A stretch of DNA of 64,000 nt from Lepidodermella squamata (taxonomy: Eukaryota; Animalia; Gastrotricha), in NCBI GenBank assembly GCA_047495785.1, contig JBLDXI010000004.1:1612001-1676000 (forward strand). The letters are read 5' to 3'. Of the stretch, positions 1 through 13,369 are shown piece by piece. The translations under genes were made by a program, and so were the position numbers. Within the stretch, counting starts at the first letter, position 1. Each line of letters begins with the position of its first letter. The notes under the pieces were generated by a model. The model was given only the letters and a program-made list of their open reading frames with translations. It was not told the DNA's origin and did no database searches.

Positions 1-1156
1 AACTCATTCTAAACTTACCAAAGAAAAATTTGAATTCGAAGTCGTCCGAGAATTAAACAAATTATAAAGAAATAATGATTAAATTGTTAAATGTTGCGAT
101 TATTGCAACTTATTTGCGCCAATTCAGCGAGGCCGGACGAGTTTTAACTAAAATTTAAAATCATTTCAATATTTCTTATACGGCGAGTCCAAACAACTTG
201 AAAGAAAGAATTGAAAAAATTCATGTTTAAAAAAACAACGACTCCGCTTTTCGATATCGCCAATAATATCGTTTCCCTTGTTCCACAGCCGCAATCATAA
301 AAAATATTGATTTTGATGTTGGGAAATTGCTGAATAAACTTAAGAAAGCCAATTTGCCTGCTCGAGCAAGTTCGGATATTTCCGAAACGCTCCGCACCCT
401 GGAATCGAGTGAAATGTTCGGATTACCATCGCATTTCTCGCGCTGTTTTCAGTTTTTGATTCTGAAAATCGTCGGTTTCGATGGGGAACATGTGCCTGTA
501 ATCAAATTGATCATAATTATTGACCATAACTTTGGAAAAACCCACTATTCGCTGCAAAATTGCATTCAAGTAATAATGCAATAAGCTGTTTTTTTTAACA
601 TGAATTTTTTCAATTCTTTCTTTCAATTCACCGTCATTTTGCGAGTTATGTCTAAATCCTTTTAACCACAAAAACTCGGCGAATCATTTTCAAACACGGG
701 AAAATTCGTCAAAATGAGCGAATGGCATCAATTTATAATGTTGCAAAGTTTTTTGGACACACTGTAGTTCGGGTGATTTGGTGCTGGAAGAATTGCTGCG
801 GTCAAATTGACATTTCACTATCGAATTGTGTACTCAATTTTATTATTTTTCATAATTTCTATAAAAAACGTACTCTCTAGTATGTATTCTCTGATAACTT
901 CTCAGTAACGCGATTTCAGAATAAACCTTCGAAAATGTTGTTAATGTTGGAAATATTTGCTAAAGGCGCAGCCAGAAGTCAGAGTGTTCCTTGTTTAGAT
1001 TAGCCAGCTTCAATAAAATTAGGGTATAATTTCTAGTAAAATACTCTGTTAGCGCAACCGATCGGAACGAGAACCGCTGTGGGGTCATTCAGCCCTAGCA
1101 AAATGCTTCACCATGCTGTAAAGATGCAACGGATAGTACGACGCGGTACAAACATG

Positions 1157-1402
1157 CAGGGTGCGACTTTCAGGGGGGGATGGGGGGATCATCTCGGCTA
1201 GCTCGGCCGGGACAGACAACAAAATGAGAATTTATCCCACTGTTTTGTTAATTTTGGAAGGTTCTGGGGCGTGTTTTAGTGGAAAATCTCCAGAATGTTC
1301 TCGCTTCGCTCGGTTATTAGCCCAAATGACTCGTCATTTTGGCAAAAACAGCAAAAAAAATGTTCCATCCCCGGGAGCTCGGGGATCGAAGATCGCACCC
1401 TG
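1157..1402 (+). mobile_element. hAT-type MITE, copy 1 of 3
   Basis: TIR CAGGGTGCGA...TCGCACCCTG. Perfect 8-bp TSD CAAACATG (1149-1156, 1403-1410). Near-identical copies at 54372-54618 and 57445-57667. Confidence 0.92.
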
Positions 1403-1663
1403 CAAACATGATCATACAAAAGCATAGCAATACTGTAAACTACGTACCTACAAGTCATCATACACACGTGACCATTTGGCATAATTTATTTCATTTATTT
1501 AGGGTTTGAAACTGGATTACTGGACTTGAGAATTACAGTAAATCACATAACTTCCGAGAAAGCGGTCTCAAAAAATCATGTCGAATGGAGGGGCGAAATG
1601 TTGAAAGAATGTTGCTATCGTTTCTACCCATGCATACTTGTTAGCAAATTGTTGTTCTCTGAT

Positions 1664-1776
1664 CAGTGTGCGAAGTAGGATCCGGGAGCTGAGGTGTTTT
1701 CTAGCCCTCAGTTGAAGAAACCAACTGTGGATTTTTCAGCCCTCATCTGGTTGGAATCCCGAAGTGTCCACCCCTG
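1664..1776. mobile_element. Degenerate short hAT-like MITE
   Basis: Imperfect CAG..CTG termini flanked by a 7/8 duplication (TCTCTGAT / TCTGTGAT). Confidence 0.35.
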
Positions 1777-2110
1777 TCTGTGATCGCACTGAACAACGTT
1801 TGCTCATGACGTAGTTGAACACCATGTCTTAATCATCAAGCGCGAAACAGTTGTGCACCTATCAGCGGACAAAAAGCGGACTGTGTTGTTTTTCAGTTTG
1901 ACAAAATTGAACAGGTTCTCGCCCTTTGTTATTGCGACTTTTGTCCATTCCAGCGGGTTTATGTACACAGATGCAGCAATAATCCTTGTTTTTCACCGAT
2001 CTTACATCCTGTTTTCAACGCATCGCCAGTTTTAATTGAAATTTCGTGCTTATATTCGACATATTTCCACATTTTTGTCCAATACAGCTGGACTCACAAT
2101 TTCTTTCGCT

Positions 2111-5100
2111 ATGCGAACTCTCCTTGTGTTTTTACTTTTCGCTCAAAGTTGCGTAGCTCAAAGTTCGCCAATTCAAGCCACTTCTTGGGACGACGCTCTA
2201 AGTCTGCTGCCAGCTCATCCAGGTTTCTACTTCTGGCTTTTAGCAAATGGGGATACGAGGTACTACTCGTCATCCAGCAACACGATGAAAGAGGCAGCTA
2301 GCAGCAACTCTGCCGCAATGGCTGACGGGCCTTACGGCTTAGGAGCTGTAACCGTGGAGAACACCGTGACTGGACTCGCTTTGCTCTCTTACGACGGCCT
2401 GGATGTGCCAGTAACCGATTTCACACTCACCTTCTTCGTGAAAACAGACTGCGTAGATAAGGGCGTTGTCAGCTTGAGGCCGTTCTTTTCAATGCACTGC
2501 CAAGACGCAAGTCTGGTTGCGGCCACGTGGAACTCGAATGGAGAAGGAACCACCCTCGGCGAGACGTTGCCCCTCACCGCAGAGTCGCCATGGGCTTTCG
2601 TAGCCGTGATCTACGATTCGACGCTACAGCAGCTGCAATGGGCAAATGTCGCTCACTATTCTTCCGCCATTGAGCTGACTACGGTCACGTCGGTGGTCAT
2701 GGGCCCTTCTTCGCAGACTGTTGTGATTGGCGAGGGCTTGAAAACGGACGCCGGTCAGGATTTACATACTGCGAACACGATCGATCAATTCGCGTGCATG
2801 ACTCTGTACAACAAGCCGTTGGAGAGCGTCGAAATATACAAAATCATGTTTGCGTGCGGTCGAGTAATTTCTCCGGCCAACGAGTTGCCTGAAACGTTTC
2901 GGTTGATGCCTCAGATCGACAGTTTAGCCATCCATATGCCGATGAGAAGCGTTGGAGATGGGATTTTCCAGAAATACGGCTCGGCCTACTTCCGCCAGGC
3001 TTCGAATAGTGGAACGGCGGTTGCCAAAGATTTATTTGGACCAAACGGATTCGGATCGATTTCTGTGAAGAAAGAGGGAGATCGAATTTTCAATGTCGAA
3101 AATCTAAGAACTAGCTGGCCTATGACCGTTTCCTTCTACTACAAAGGGCCTTGCGAACAAAACAGCGCGATTCTGTCCTTGAATGGCAAAGGATTCATAT
3201 TTTGCAAGCCCAATTCTGGCCTGGTCTACCTAGGGCCAACTGCTACCAGTAGTGAATCGACGGATGCTGTTCCGTATTCACGCCCGAATGACTGGATCTT
3301 TGTTGCCTTTGTCTTTCGAGACGGCATTGTTGAAACCTACTACCAACTGCCAGAGAACGATTTCATGAGTGTTGGACCGACGACCAGCAAGGCCTTCACA
3401 GCGTTCAGTGGAAGCTATTTCTCGATCGAAGCATTCAGTGCGATGCAGGACCTGAGCCGTACAACAGATAGCCTGGCCTGTGTGACTTTTCACAACACAG
3501 CTTTGTCGCAGGTGGACCTTCGAATGTTGACGTACACGTGCGGGAAACGACCGGCAAGGTCGGAATTCCTTCCGGATTCTTTCGACGAGTTGCCTCAGCT
3601 TGGAAAACTCGTCTACCACATGCCATTCGTTCAGAAGTCGCCGTATTCAGTTTTCGACAAATTCGGATCAACCTTGTGGTACGGCGAGGCTGAGAAGCGA
3701 TCTTCGACGACATCCCCGGGAGGGCCTTTCCAAAGCAGTTATCTCATGGCGAACGGCCTTGGTCCGAAGGTATCCGGTGTTAAAAACCAGGATTCCTTCA
3801 CCTTTGCTTTCTTCTACTTCGGACCGTGCGCTGAAACTGTCGGGATCGTCTCTACTTCTCGTTATCAAATCATCTGTGAAAATGGTAAAATGGTTCTTAA
3901 AGCTGGGGAGAAATCTACGGATCCGATAGCATACGACAGCTCTATATGGAACCTGTTCGTTTTCACCTACTCGTCAGGAATTGTGAGAGGTTTTCGATAT
4001 GCCCCTTCTCCCTCGCCGCCGGTTCAGGCTTTTGAAACTAAAGGCATGAAGATAGACTCGCCAATGTTCCCAGTATACGACAGTCATATAATCGGGGATT
4101 CTGTAACAAATGCCGCGACTATTGCTAACCCTGAGACGAGGCGAATCTCCTGCGTTAGCTATTATTCTGAAGCACTGAGTCTGAGTGATATGTCGAAAAT
4201 CGTCAAGGGCTGTGGGAAGAAGGAAGGAAGACCGAAAAATCTACCGGATTTCTTCGATTATCTGCCTCAGAGACGGAGCTTGGTTTTCTGCGCTCCATTC
4301 ACTACGCAAACTGGATTATCGCTTTTCGATAAATGGGGGCAGGAAATTACTCTCACAGACCCTGGGAAGGTCAACATTGTCCCGAAAGGTCCGTATGGTC
4401 TCGGATCACTTGGGGGCGCCAAAAATCAATCCGGCCCTTCCCTTTCTATCATTCTACCAGCTTCGTTCACGGTTTCCTTCTTCTTCAAATCGAGCGGTAC
4501 TGGAAAACAGGGCATACTGCTGCCTGGGAAGTTGTCGATCTACTACGATTCGGAAAAGGGTATTGTAGCTAAATCGAGGGGCGATGACAAATTGTTTTCG
4601 GTTGAAAGAGCTAAGCTTTCTTATGAGCCTAATTCATGGCAATTCCACGCTTATACCTACGACTGGCCAACCCGGACCCTGCGAGGCTTCTACATGAGGG
4701 AAAGTGATGATAAAGTCTTAGATCACTTCACAGCCGCGAATTTGGCCCTTGAAGCCTCGGATATATTCGGCTATTTTGATGTTCGTATTGGCCTAGCTAG
4801 AGTCCAAAACCAAGAAACAAGCTACATGGATCCTGGCCAGGAATTATCGTGTATTGCTTACTATTCCGCAGCTTTGACTGATGTCGAAGTCGCGAAACTT
4901 CCGTACGCTTGTGGCAAGCCGTACCCGAAACCCGCTTTCCTACCGTCGAAATTCGGATCCATGCCGAAAAATCAGTCTTTAATCACGTATTTGCCTTTGA
5001 CCTTGAGTTCGAAACTCAGTGCTATCGACAAGTTTGGCACTGATCTGTGGGATGTTACGCCGGGTAAACCGATAGCTACGTCAGCTGGTCCCTTCGGCAT

Positions 5101-6959
5101 TGGATCTTATTCTGCCGATAAACAACTTTTGGTAGTCAATAATTTGCCAATTTTTGAAAAATACACAATCGCCTTCTACTACAAGGGCTCCTGCTCCGGG
5201 CCATCTGGATTACTGTCCACGGACCGCTTCACAGTGAAATGCGATAACTCCGCCCTTACCTATGCTGGTTGGTCAATGGATGGGTATAAAAAGTTCTCGT
5301 CGCCAGTTGCCTATGACCAGCCGCAATCTTGGCGATTCTTCGCCTACACTTTCGATAACGGGACTCTGCTCGGCTACCGAGGAACTACTGAATCTAATAG
5401 CGTGACACTGGCCAACACAACTAAAAATTTTCCGACGGAGGCGAGGTTTCATTTGGGATATTTCAAACTAGAACTGGGAACTTTCTATTATGGGGCGACT
5501 ACCCCTCTAGCCAGTGGGGATGAGCTGGCTTGTGTCAGCCTTCATTCAGCTGTTCTTTCGATGGATGAATTGGCTGTTCTGGCTGATATTTGCAACGACA
5601 TGCCACCAAGTACTTCGACTACGACTACTTCAAGTACAACAACAACATCACTTCCTGCTACAACTACCACGGTAACAAATGCCAGACGGACCTATTCTAC
5701 TACGTATTTCATGCCCATCTCCCAAGCTCCGGTTTCAATCGTGGAGCCAGAGCCAAGCCATCGGAAAACAAAAGATTCAGATGACGTGTCGAAGATTGGA
5801 ACGACTGTGTCTGCTCAGAGCTTGCTACCCCGGATGGATGGCGGTGACGTCAAACCACCTTACACGCCTTTCGACACAATCGAAAATGTCTTGAAAAACT
5901 GCGACCATTTCGAAGCGTCGCGATATTCCCCTCCGAATATCGACGAATCCCAACCGCTTCGGGTCAACATAACCTTCTATGTACCAGGTTTGAATGAACT
6001 ATCTAGTGCGGATGATACGATTTCAGTCAGCGGAGTCGTTCTCTTATCGTGGTCAGTTTTGACTTGCCCAAAGAACTCCTCTGACCCGGTCGCAACTCGG
6101 CCGAAAGAGCAGATCTATGTGGCTAGCCCCAACCAAATCTGGCTTCCCCAGCTCCGTTTTATCAACAGCGCCGAATCGAATGTCTACATGAAGGACGTTG
6201 CAGTAGGCGATGATTTCCTAGTCACAATGGATGGGGATGGGGCTAAGGAGAGCCCAAATAAGACCTACAACTTCTACTGGACCAGGGAGGGCCTATTCAA
6301 AGCAGACTGCGCTCTAATGATGGAAAATTTCCCGTTCGACCAACAGACATGCACCTTCATTTTCGGCCTTCAACGATCGAACAAGCTAGTTTCGTTCGAA
6401 GATCGAAGACCCGCCAACGTTCCTGTGGGACATCGATGCTGTTGACAATTCTGAGTGGTTGGTAACAGATTTTCACAGTTTTCTATCTTGGGCTTACTTC
6501 AACGGGTACAACGTATCAACTGTGGTGTATGAAGTGACGTTAAAGCGATACCCAACTTACTACCTGACCAATTTGTACCTGCCAACAGCTATTTTGGGCA
6601 GTCTAGACGTGGCAGCTTTTCTGATGGCTCCATCGATGCCCGAGCGGTCAGCCTTTACGGTGACTATCCTACTGGCGATGGCTGTTACCCAAACCGAGAT
6701 CATCAGCGAGGCTCCGAATACGGATAGAACTGTTTTGAGTTCGTACATCCAATTGATGGCTTGGTTCTCGGCCGGGGTCACCATTTACAATTTACTGACA
6801 CTTTGGCTGGCCTGTTCCTATTTCGTTGAGGGAAAGCGTGATATGAGAATGAGGTGTAAAGGTCGCATCAGCCTGGTTCGACTTTTAGATATACCAGCTT
6901 TCATCGTAGCAGTTGTTTGTTTTGCGCTTGCTAACTACTATATTCTCAAAAAATTGTGA
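2111..6959 (+). pseudogene. Giant intronless Cys-loop channel subunit with five N-terminal LamG/pentraxin-like domains, copy A, frameshifted
   Basis: Signal peptide MRTLLVFLLFAQSCVA from ATG 2111. Five ~220-240-aa repeats, a Thr-rich linker, and Cys-loop C-ALMMENFPFDQQT-C (6308-6352). The four TM helices are in ORF 6459-6959. A 7-bp tandem duplication TCGAAGA (6396-6409) shifts the frame. Removing it gives a 1613-aa ORF colinear with copy B. Confidence 0.9.
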
Positions 6960-7200
6960 ATTTACAACACATCGCGTTGGGATCGACGCGTATTTTTGTC
7001 TGGCAGTCTCTGTTCTCGTGTCTTTTTCGGTTCTGGAACTGCTGAATATCCTCGAACAACTTGAACTCGTGAAGCTCTTCGCGGAATAATGTATAATAAA
7101 ACAACAACTGGTCTTGAAGTTCCTCTGTGTTCAGAAATTATAATTTATAACAGATCCCATCAAAGAGTCTTTGATTCCGATTAAAACAGTCTCTCTTCGA

Positions 7201-7992
7201 TCAAAATGGCTCGAGATACGCTGCGTGGCCAGCTATTCCTACTTCTCGGCGCTTTAACAGTCCAAGATAGCTTTGAAGTCGATATGAGATTGGGAGTGGA
7301 CGACCTCGTCTATTCGGAGCTTCACAAGGTGGACTTAGAGCAGCTGGCAACTTGCAACATCTCATTTTCACGTAATTGAGCCCGGTATCATCACCTAGAA
7401 AATATTCAAGTCCGAAACTGCATCGAATCGAAGTTAACTTACTCAACCCCTGGAATTCCTCGACGCGAGTCTGAAGGCCGCAGAGAGCGTGGCGAGGGGG
7501 GCATCTTAGCATCCACGACCATTGACCGAACGGCCCAGTTCCAGGCGCTTCGATCTGCTTGCCGTCATCACACAACAGCCGCAAGCCATTTGCAGCCGTG
7601 TCATCGCCCGCCCACTGGCGAGGTTCGGTTTTCAGCGCGAACCCAACCGCCCAGCCGTCGCACATCACGTCGCCATGCCATACGCCGAACTGGCCAACAC
7701 TGGACATGATTTCGTGCCAGTTCGAAGAACACTCCCAGCCGCGTCTCCGGCTGCTGCAGTGCAGCATCACGCCATTCATCGCTGTGTCGTCGCCTTGAAA
7801 GTCGTAAGGTTCCACCTTTTGGCTGTAGCCGACGACGTAAGTGCCTGGGCGGCAGAACTCCCATTCGCCAGTGCTGCCCCACGGCGTAACCGAAGGAGGC
7901 CTCAGCTCAAATGGACTAACATCAGTACGGCAGTTGGCAACATCAGATCCTATGAGTACTACAAATGACATAATCAAATTCGGCTTCATCAT
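7201..7992 (-). CDS. VMO1: Vitelline membrane outer layer protein 1-like secreted beta-prism protein
   Basis: Signal peptide and three repeats of the G-D-D-T-A-x-N-G motif with WG-x-W-type and Cys motifs. A probable 48-nt GT-AG intron at 7442-7395 restores QGLSDDTGLN. Confidence 0.9.
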   Translation of the reverse strand: MMKPNLIMSFVVLIGSDVANCRTDVSPFELRPPSVTPWGSTGEWEFCRPGTYVVGYSQKVEPYDFQGDDTAMNGVMLHCSSRRRGWECSSNWHEIMSSVGQFGVWHGDVMCDGWAVGFALKTEPRQWAGDDTAANGLRLLCDDGKQIEAPGTGPFGQWSWMLRCPPRHALCGLQTRVEEFQGLSKLTSIRCSFGLEYFLGDDTGLNYVKMRCCKLPAALSPPCEAPNRRGRPLPISYRLQSYLGLLKRREVGIAGHAAYLEPF

Positions 7993-8936
7993 GCAAATTA
8001 GGAATTAGGTTGGGGAAGAAAACTAGACGACCTCTCATCTCGTATTCAAAAACTGAAAACGTCTGCTGCATTTCCCGCACGAAAATTCATTCATTATTTC
8101 CAGTTGTTTTGCCATTAATTTGAAATATCCCACAGAAATCTCTGAACTAAATCTCTGAACTCTTTGAAAATTAACTAGAAACCCCTAAACAATGCCCTGA
8201 ACTTTGACCTCGAAAGCCTCTGACATTTGGAGAGCTTTATGGCTATTTGTTTTAAGAGATTATTCAGGGATTTGGGCATTTTTCCAATTAGGTAATGGCA
8301 AAACCAGCTGGAAAATAATGTATGAATTTTCGGTTAATCATTCAGCTCTCAGCCTGCGTTTAATCTCGGCATGTATCGGAGAATAGAGTCGAGAAGCTTA
8401 ATGTAAACGATGCCTTAGCAGTTTTGGGTTTTTTAGCCGCGACCAATTTTACAAAGAATGCAGCTAGAAAACATTACAATAGAGCTGAACACATAACTCA
8501 GCTTAACGCTTAAGTATAGGCTAAATTCACCTTTTTTACGCCTATCTAGCGGGAAATTGTGAACCTCTGAACAAATCATTAGTAAGTTAGGAGCAAAGTT
8601 GATCAATCTTGGCGTGAACCTTTCCTGTGTTTTCTCCGAGTTCGAAACTGGTCATTGGCGATATATTCATATCGCTTATATTCATTGGCGATTCATTGAA
8701 AGCACGGGGGATGAATGAGATCAGCATAACGCAATGCAGTGGAAGAATCCCAAAAATCTAAATCCTTCGCCTATGATGAAGAGTCTGCATTACGTCATCA
8801 AGATTATAAATCGCGCGTGACAGTAAAACAGGAATATTGTAAACCGTTTTGCTCTCCAGCTCTCAATGCGATGTCACTATACAGAGCCGATATCGATATC
8901 CTGAGTCTATTTCGAAAGTATATCAGCAATTGAAAC

Positions 8937-9532
8937 CAGAGCATCGGTCTGGTGTTTTGAGTAAGACTAACACCTATGTCAAGACCGCATTTTTTCCTGG
9001 TCTTGGTGTTATTAAGACCGGGGCACGATTTTTAGTGGTCTGTTGGTGTTTCGGTCTTGACGGTCTTAAATTCTGTTAGCCTCCATGCGTCCACCCCCTA
9101 ACCTACTGGGGCATTTGGCTCAAGGAGCCGCGCCGATCGGGCAATCACAGAGCCCCTTCAGCGTCACTTGTGATGGAAGATCACAGACGTACCGGCGGGA
9201 TCATCACTGCCGGGCGGGACCCAACCCCCGTCTCCACCCATCCAGGGCAACCCCGCCGCAGGGAATCCCGACTATCCCATTCCTTAAGCATTTTTCCCAA
9301 TTTTGATCAGTGGCCACTTGACCCGTCTTGATATTGCAATTTCTTTGCAATTTCCGTTTCAGCCCGCCAGAGGCAAGCGCAGAGGGCACTCCCTCGAGTT
9401 CGCGGCATGCTTGCCACCGCAATTGCAGCAGCAGACAGCATCGCAAAGGTGGTCTTGGTATTTGGTCTTACGCCTGGGGTAAAAGGTGTTGGTATTGGCC
9501 TTACGCTAAATGTTTATAAGACCGATGCTCTG
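8937..9532. mobile_element. Non-autonomous TIR element (hAT-like termini)
   Basis: TIR CAGAGCATCGGTCT / AGACCGATGCTCTG with GGTCTT-rich subterminal repeats. No clear TSD. Confidence 0.55.
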
Positions 9533-9706
9533 AATTTTATGAGGTGCTTTCAAATCTTTATATTATTATCTGACTATATTATAAATAAAGCACACGTTAA
9601 AAAGAGGCATCGTCGTAATTACGTGTGTATACGCAACAGTTTGGTGGCATTACAAGGAATTATTTTCAAAACTTCATCCAGCCTTTTCAAACTAACATCC
9701 GGAAGA

Positions 9707-12700
9707 ATGAACAAATGCAATCACTCGCTTCTCGCGTTCGTTTCTACTCTGTTAATGAACGAATTGTGTAACTGCTGCTCACAATCGATTGTTTCAAGAC
9801 AGGTTATTGCAAATTAAATTGCCTTCACTGCTAATTTTTGCTGACAACAGACTGAAAGCCCAGCTGCGTTTCGGCCCTTCGATTCAATTTACGTGATATG
9901 TGTGGATAAGCCAACGAATACAATGCGGTGCAGGCTAGTAACAAACAATAATAATCCATGCCTGGCGTCTGAAACCAAACTGTCTGGGGTATAGACTCTT
10001 AAAATTGATGTATTTGAGCAGCCACCATTTCATAACATCCATTTTGCGACAGGCAATTTATCAAAACCAACGAGTTTGCTCAAACGCAATAACTGATCCA
10101 CCCGTGAGACATTTGATGTGTTTACACTTTTTTATTAATGTCTCTGCAATGCATTGTAAGGTGTGAACCATCATGCAAGAACGATGGCTATTGCAGCAAG
10201 GGGAAATGTGTTTGTACGACAAATTTTGCTGGCTCTGATTGTTCCACTGGTGAGTGAAAACGTTTGAAATCACCTTGATTATTGCCTCATGATTTTAGCT
10301 TTTCCGCAGCCAAGCCAGCCAGCCAGCCAGCCAGAGCCAGCCAAGTGCTCTCCGCCCTGCTTGAATGGAGCAACTTGTGTCGAGACAAACAAATGCTCCT
10401 GCCCGCCCACTTATTCCGGAACCACCTGTGATAGACGTAAGCTTAAAATTGTATAGAATGCTATCGGGATATGGGCAAGGAGTCGTAGCCTGTTAATTTA
10501 ACAAGGGGCGCTTTCGTCGAATTCCCCGTACATCTATTTACGCGAAAGCGATAAATCGGCAGCAGTTGGGGCGCTAATCTTTTTCGATTTTCGTAAACAT
10601 CCCAGTCAGAGAAACATCGGGCGCACTGTTGTCATGTTCTGGATAGGCGAGTGGTAGAAAGAAGCCATTCCCTTATTTAACATTTTGGTTTGTTGTGGGT
10701 GAACAAAGTGTCTAAATTTGTGAACCTTAGTTAACAATCATCAGGAGAAGTAAAATGTAAAAATATATAGCCGAATCAATATTTCATTTAAAAAATTAGT
10801 GGGTACTTATAAATCTTTTTTTCCTCGCGCTTTTTGAATAACTTCGTAACCATGGGGCATTTTTCAATGCGGTTTTCGCCAGTCGATAGATCTAGTCTGA
10901 GGTGAACTTTCCACAAATTGCCGTTAGGATGGGTTTCGGGAGAGAAATCTGATGAGGAAAATGCTGTCCGCGACATTTTGAAAAATTCTCATTTTTGAAA
11001 AATGGCATTCTACAGGATTTGAGGCCGAATGGCATAATCCTGAGGAAAGGCTTCATTGGAAAGTTTTCTTACTGAGAATTGGGTCAATAAAGCGCTGTCA
11101 ACAGGGAAATTCGCCTTAATGGCCACAGAAAAGGGCTTATCCACAAACCGCGATCGGAAAATGATTCAGGCCACATCGAATGAAAATAATTCATTTTTCA
11201 AAAATGAAAAAATCATGCCTAACGCCTAACGCATATTTTGCTTAACTTCTTGAGTGTAAATATGTTTGAAACAAGCTTTTAGGGTTTAGGGGATGTCTGT
11301 ACTTGCACAAAATATTTTGCACAAACTGCATTTTTCAAGCGGAATCAAGTTTAATAAGAAAATTGAATATACCAAATTGAAGGCATAGCCCATGGGCATC
11401 AAAGACCGATTTCGGGCCCTGCTTTCTGAGATATTTTAATGCGTCCGATACGATTTTAAATTACAAGGGGTGGCGAGTTTCACGTTCGGACGTAGGGCAA
11501 TGATGAATTGAAGAAATGAAGCTGAAATCAATCACTCAACGATGCCATGTCCTTTTTTCTGCTACTATCACTCAAGACTGCGCTGCCCTTGTGTTAGACA
11601 GCTTTTTTAGGCATTGAATGATGAAATCCGCTATGAAAATGGAGTTTGTGCAAAATATTTTGTGCAACTGCTTTTGTGCAAAATCGTTTGTGCAAGTACA
11701 GGTAAATCGCTTTTAGGGAATAACCACATCTACTCTTTGATTTGCTGAAACCCGCTTCTTCGCATCACTTATGGTTAAAAGGTTATTCAAAAAAAGCGAG
11801 GCAAAAAAATGTTTGCCCACACTTTAGTAGTTATTGAGGCTAGGAAAAAGAGCTTGAATGAATAGGGACCAAATCCCTTGACTCACTTCTGAACTAACTA
11901 CATTACTTGTTTCTAGTGCAATGCACAAATACGTGTCAAAATGGAGGAACGTGCACGGGTGTCGACACTTGCACTTGCGTCTCCGGATGGAAAGGAGCGT
12001 CATGTTCACAATGTAGAACTTGCTAATATCTTTTCTCGATGAAGTTATTTCTTCTTCGACAGTTGAATGCGTCGTACATGCGTGTATCAACGGCGGAAGT
12101 TGCAGTGGCCCAAACACTTGCACGTGCCTCGCTGGTTGGACAGGTCCGGGTTGCGCGACATCAGAAAGCCAGGTGAGGTAAAATTAGCCTTAATTATTAA
12201 TTAGCGTCTTCGATCTACTAACTTAGTGAGCTAAGCCTAAGAGTTAATCAACTCAGAAATCGACTCGCCGTTGGTTTTTATTTTTGTTCACGAATTTTCA
12301 TTCGTGATTCTTGCCTTAGAGTTGAGTTTTCATGTTTGTCATACCAGGTTCGTGAAATGTACGAGCAGTTGGTGACTAACATTGGTGATACGCCGGATGC
12401 GGCTCAGGTGCGGCGTCTCGTGGCGGACATTGACGCGGCCACTGGAGGCAATTTCAACCCCAACTGGATCGATCCTTATATTATGTTCCCAGGATCATGT
12501 GATCCTATTAGGTTCATGTTCAGCAGAAATGCTACGCTGCTTCATCGCTTGACGGCGTGTGATTCAGCGGGGCAGCAAGCGGATGCAGCGGGGCAGCGGC
12601 TAGAAATCGCTCGGCTGTTTGTAGATCGTGGTGCTGATATTAATGCAATGGCGCAATACCAAACGGCGTTGATGCTCGCGGCCAAAAATGGGCACGTCGA

Positions 12701-13169
12701 AATAGCTCGACTCCTACTTGATCGCAACGCTCCCGTCGATGCGAAGAGCGTAGATGGCATGACGGCGTTCCTGTGGGCGGCCGCGGCGGGTAACGTCGAA
12801 GCAGTTCGACTGCTGCTCGACCGAAACGCTTACATCGAGGCCAAGAGCAACTATAACTGGAGGGCGTTGCATTACGCGGACGGGTCTGGACACGTCGAAA
12901 CAGCAAGACTGCTGCTCGATCGCAACGCTGACATCGAGGCAAAGGGTGACAAGGGCGCGACTCCGCTGTTTGTAGCGGCCTACTATGGGCGCGACGAATG
13001 TATCCGGCTATTGCTCGACAGGGGCGCGAATATCAATGCGAAAAACTACAATGGCTATACATCCCTGGATGTAGCAGTATGCCGAGGCCTAGCCGCATCA
13101 GCCGATCTGCTACGGACACGCGGCGCATTTCAATCAGACCAGCCATGCCCTTCTGATTTCTTTAGCTGA
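9707..13169 (+). CDS. Predicted secreted protein: 4-Cys module + 4 EGF-like domains + Cys-capped ankyrin repeats
   Basis: Exons 9707-9802, 9851-9988, 10053-10103, ~10150/10161-10249, 10299-10436, 11917-12012, 12063-12172, 12348-13169. EGF exons join in phase 1. The last EGF exon ends CAG|GTGAGG in phase 0, matching the ankyrin acceptor CCAG|GTT. The junction after 10103 lacks an in-phase AG and is unresolved. The signal peptide is weak. Confidence 0.72.
11290..11710. mobile_element. Intronic MITE-like inverted-repeat element
   Basis: CTGTACTTGCACAAAATATTTTGCACAAAC near 11297 is mirrored by TTTGTGCAAAATATTTTGTGCAA...TTTGTGCAAGTACAG at ~11645-11701. Confidence 0.55.
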
Positions 13170-13369
13170 ATATAATATATGAAGCAGCAGCAGGAATATA
13201 CATCGCCTCAAAACAGCGCGACTAAGCGCGAACCGTCTCAGTTCAGTTCCTTTTCTTAGCCCTCGGTCTCGGTTCAGCTGTTTTACCTAGTGTCGATGAT
13301 TTAAATCCGTTAATAATAAATAGAAGAACTCTGAGAGCTCAGAATCTACTCTAATAGCCACTTTTTTAA

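Noticed and set aside
198-626. ~38-bp AT-rich inverted repeat (198-235 / 589-626)
   Set aside because: Probably internal to a repeat running off the window start; no termini or TSD could be defined.
1161-1427. Three similar short ORFs (1161, 54324, 57457) as a gene family
   Set aside because: They lie inside a TIR- and TSD-bounded MITE.
2036-2110. TTG start of the 1469-aa ORF
   Set aside because: Eukaryotic context. ATG 2111 begins the signal peptide and matches the paralog's start.
6437-6445. Terminal CC of the 1469-aa ORF as alpha-subunit vicinal cysteines, or the ORF as an AChBP-like soluble protein
   Set aside because: These residues are out-of-frame read-through after the 7-bp duplication, and the last strands of the binding domain are missing.
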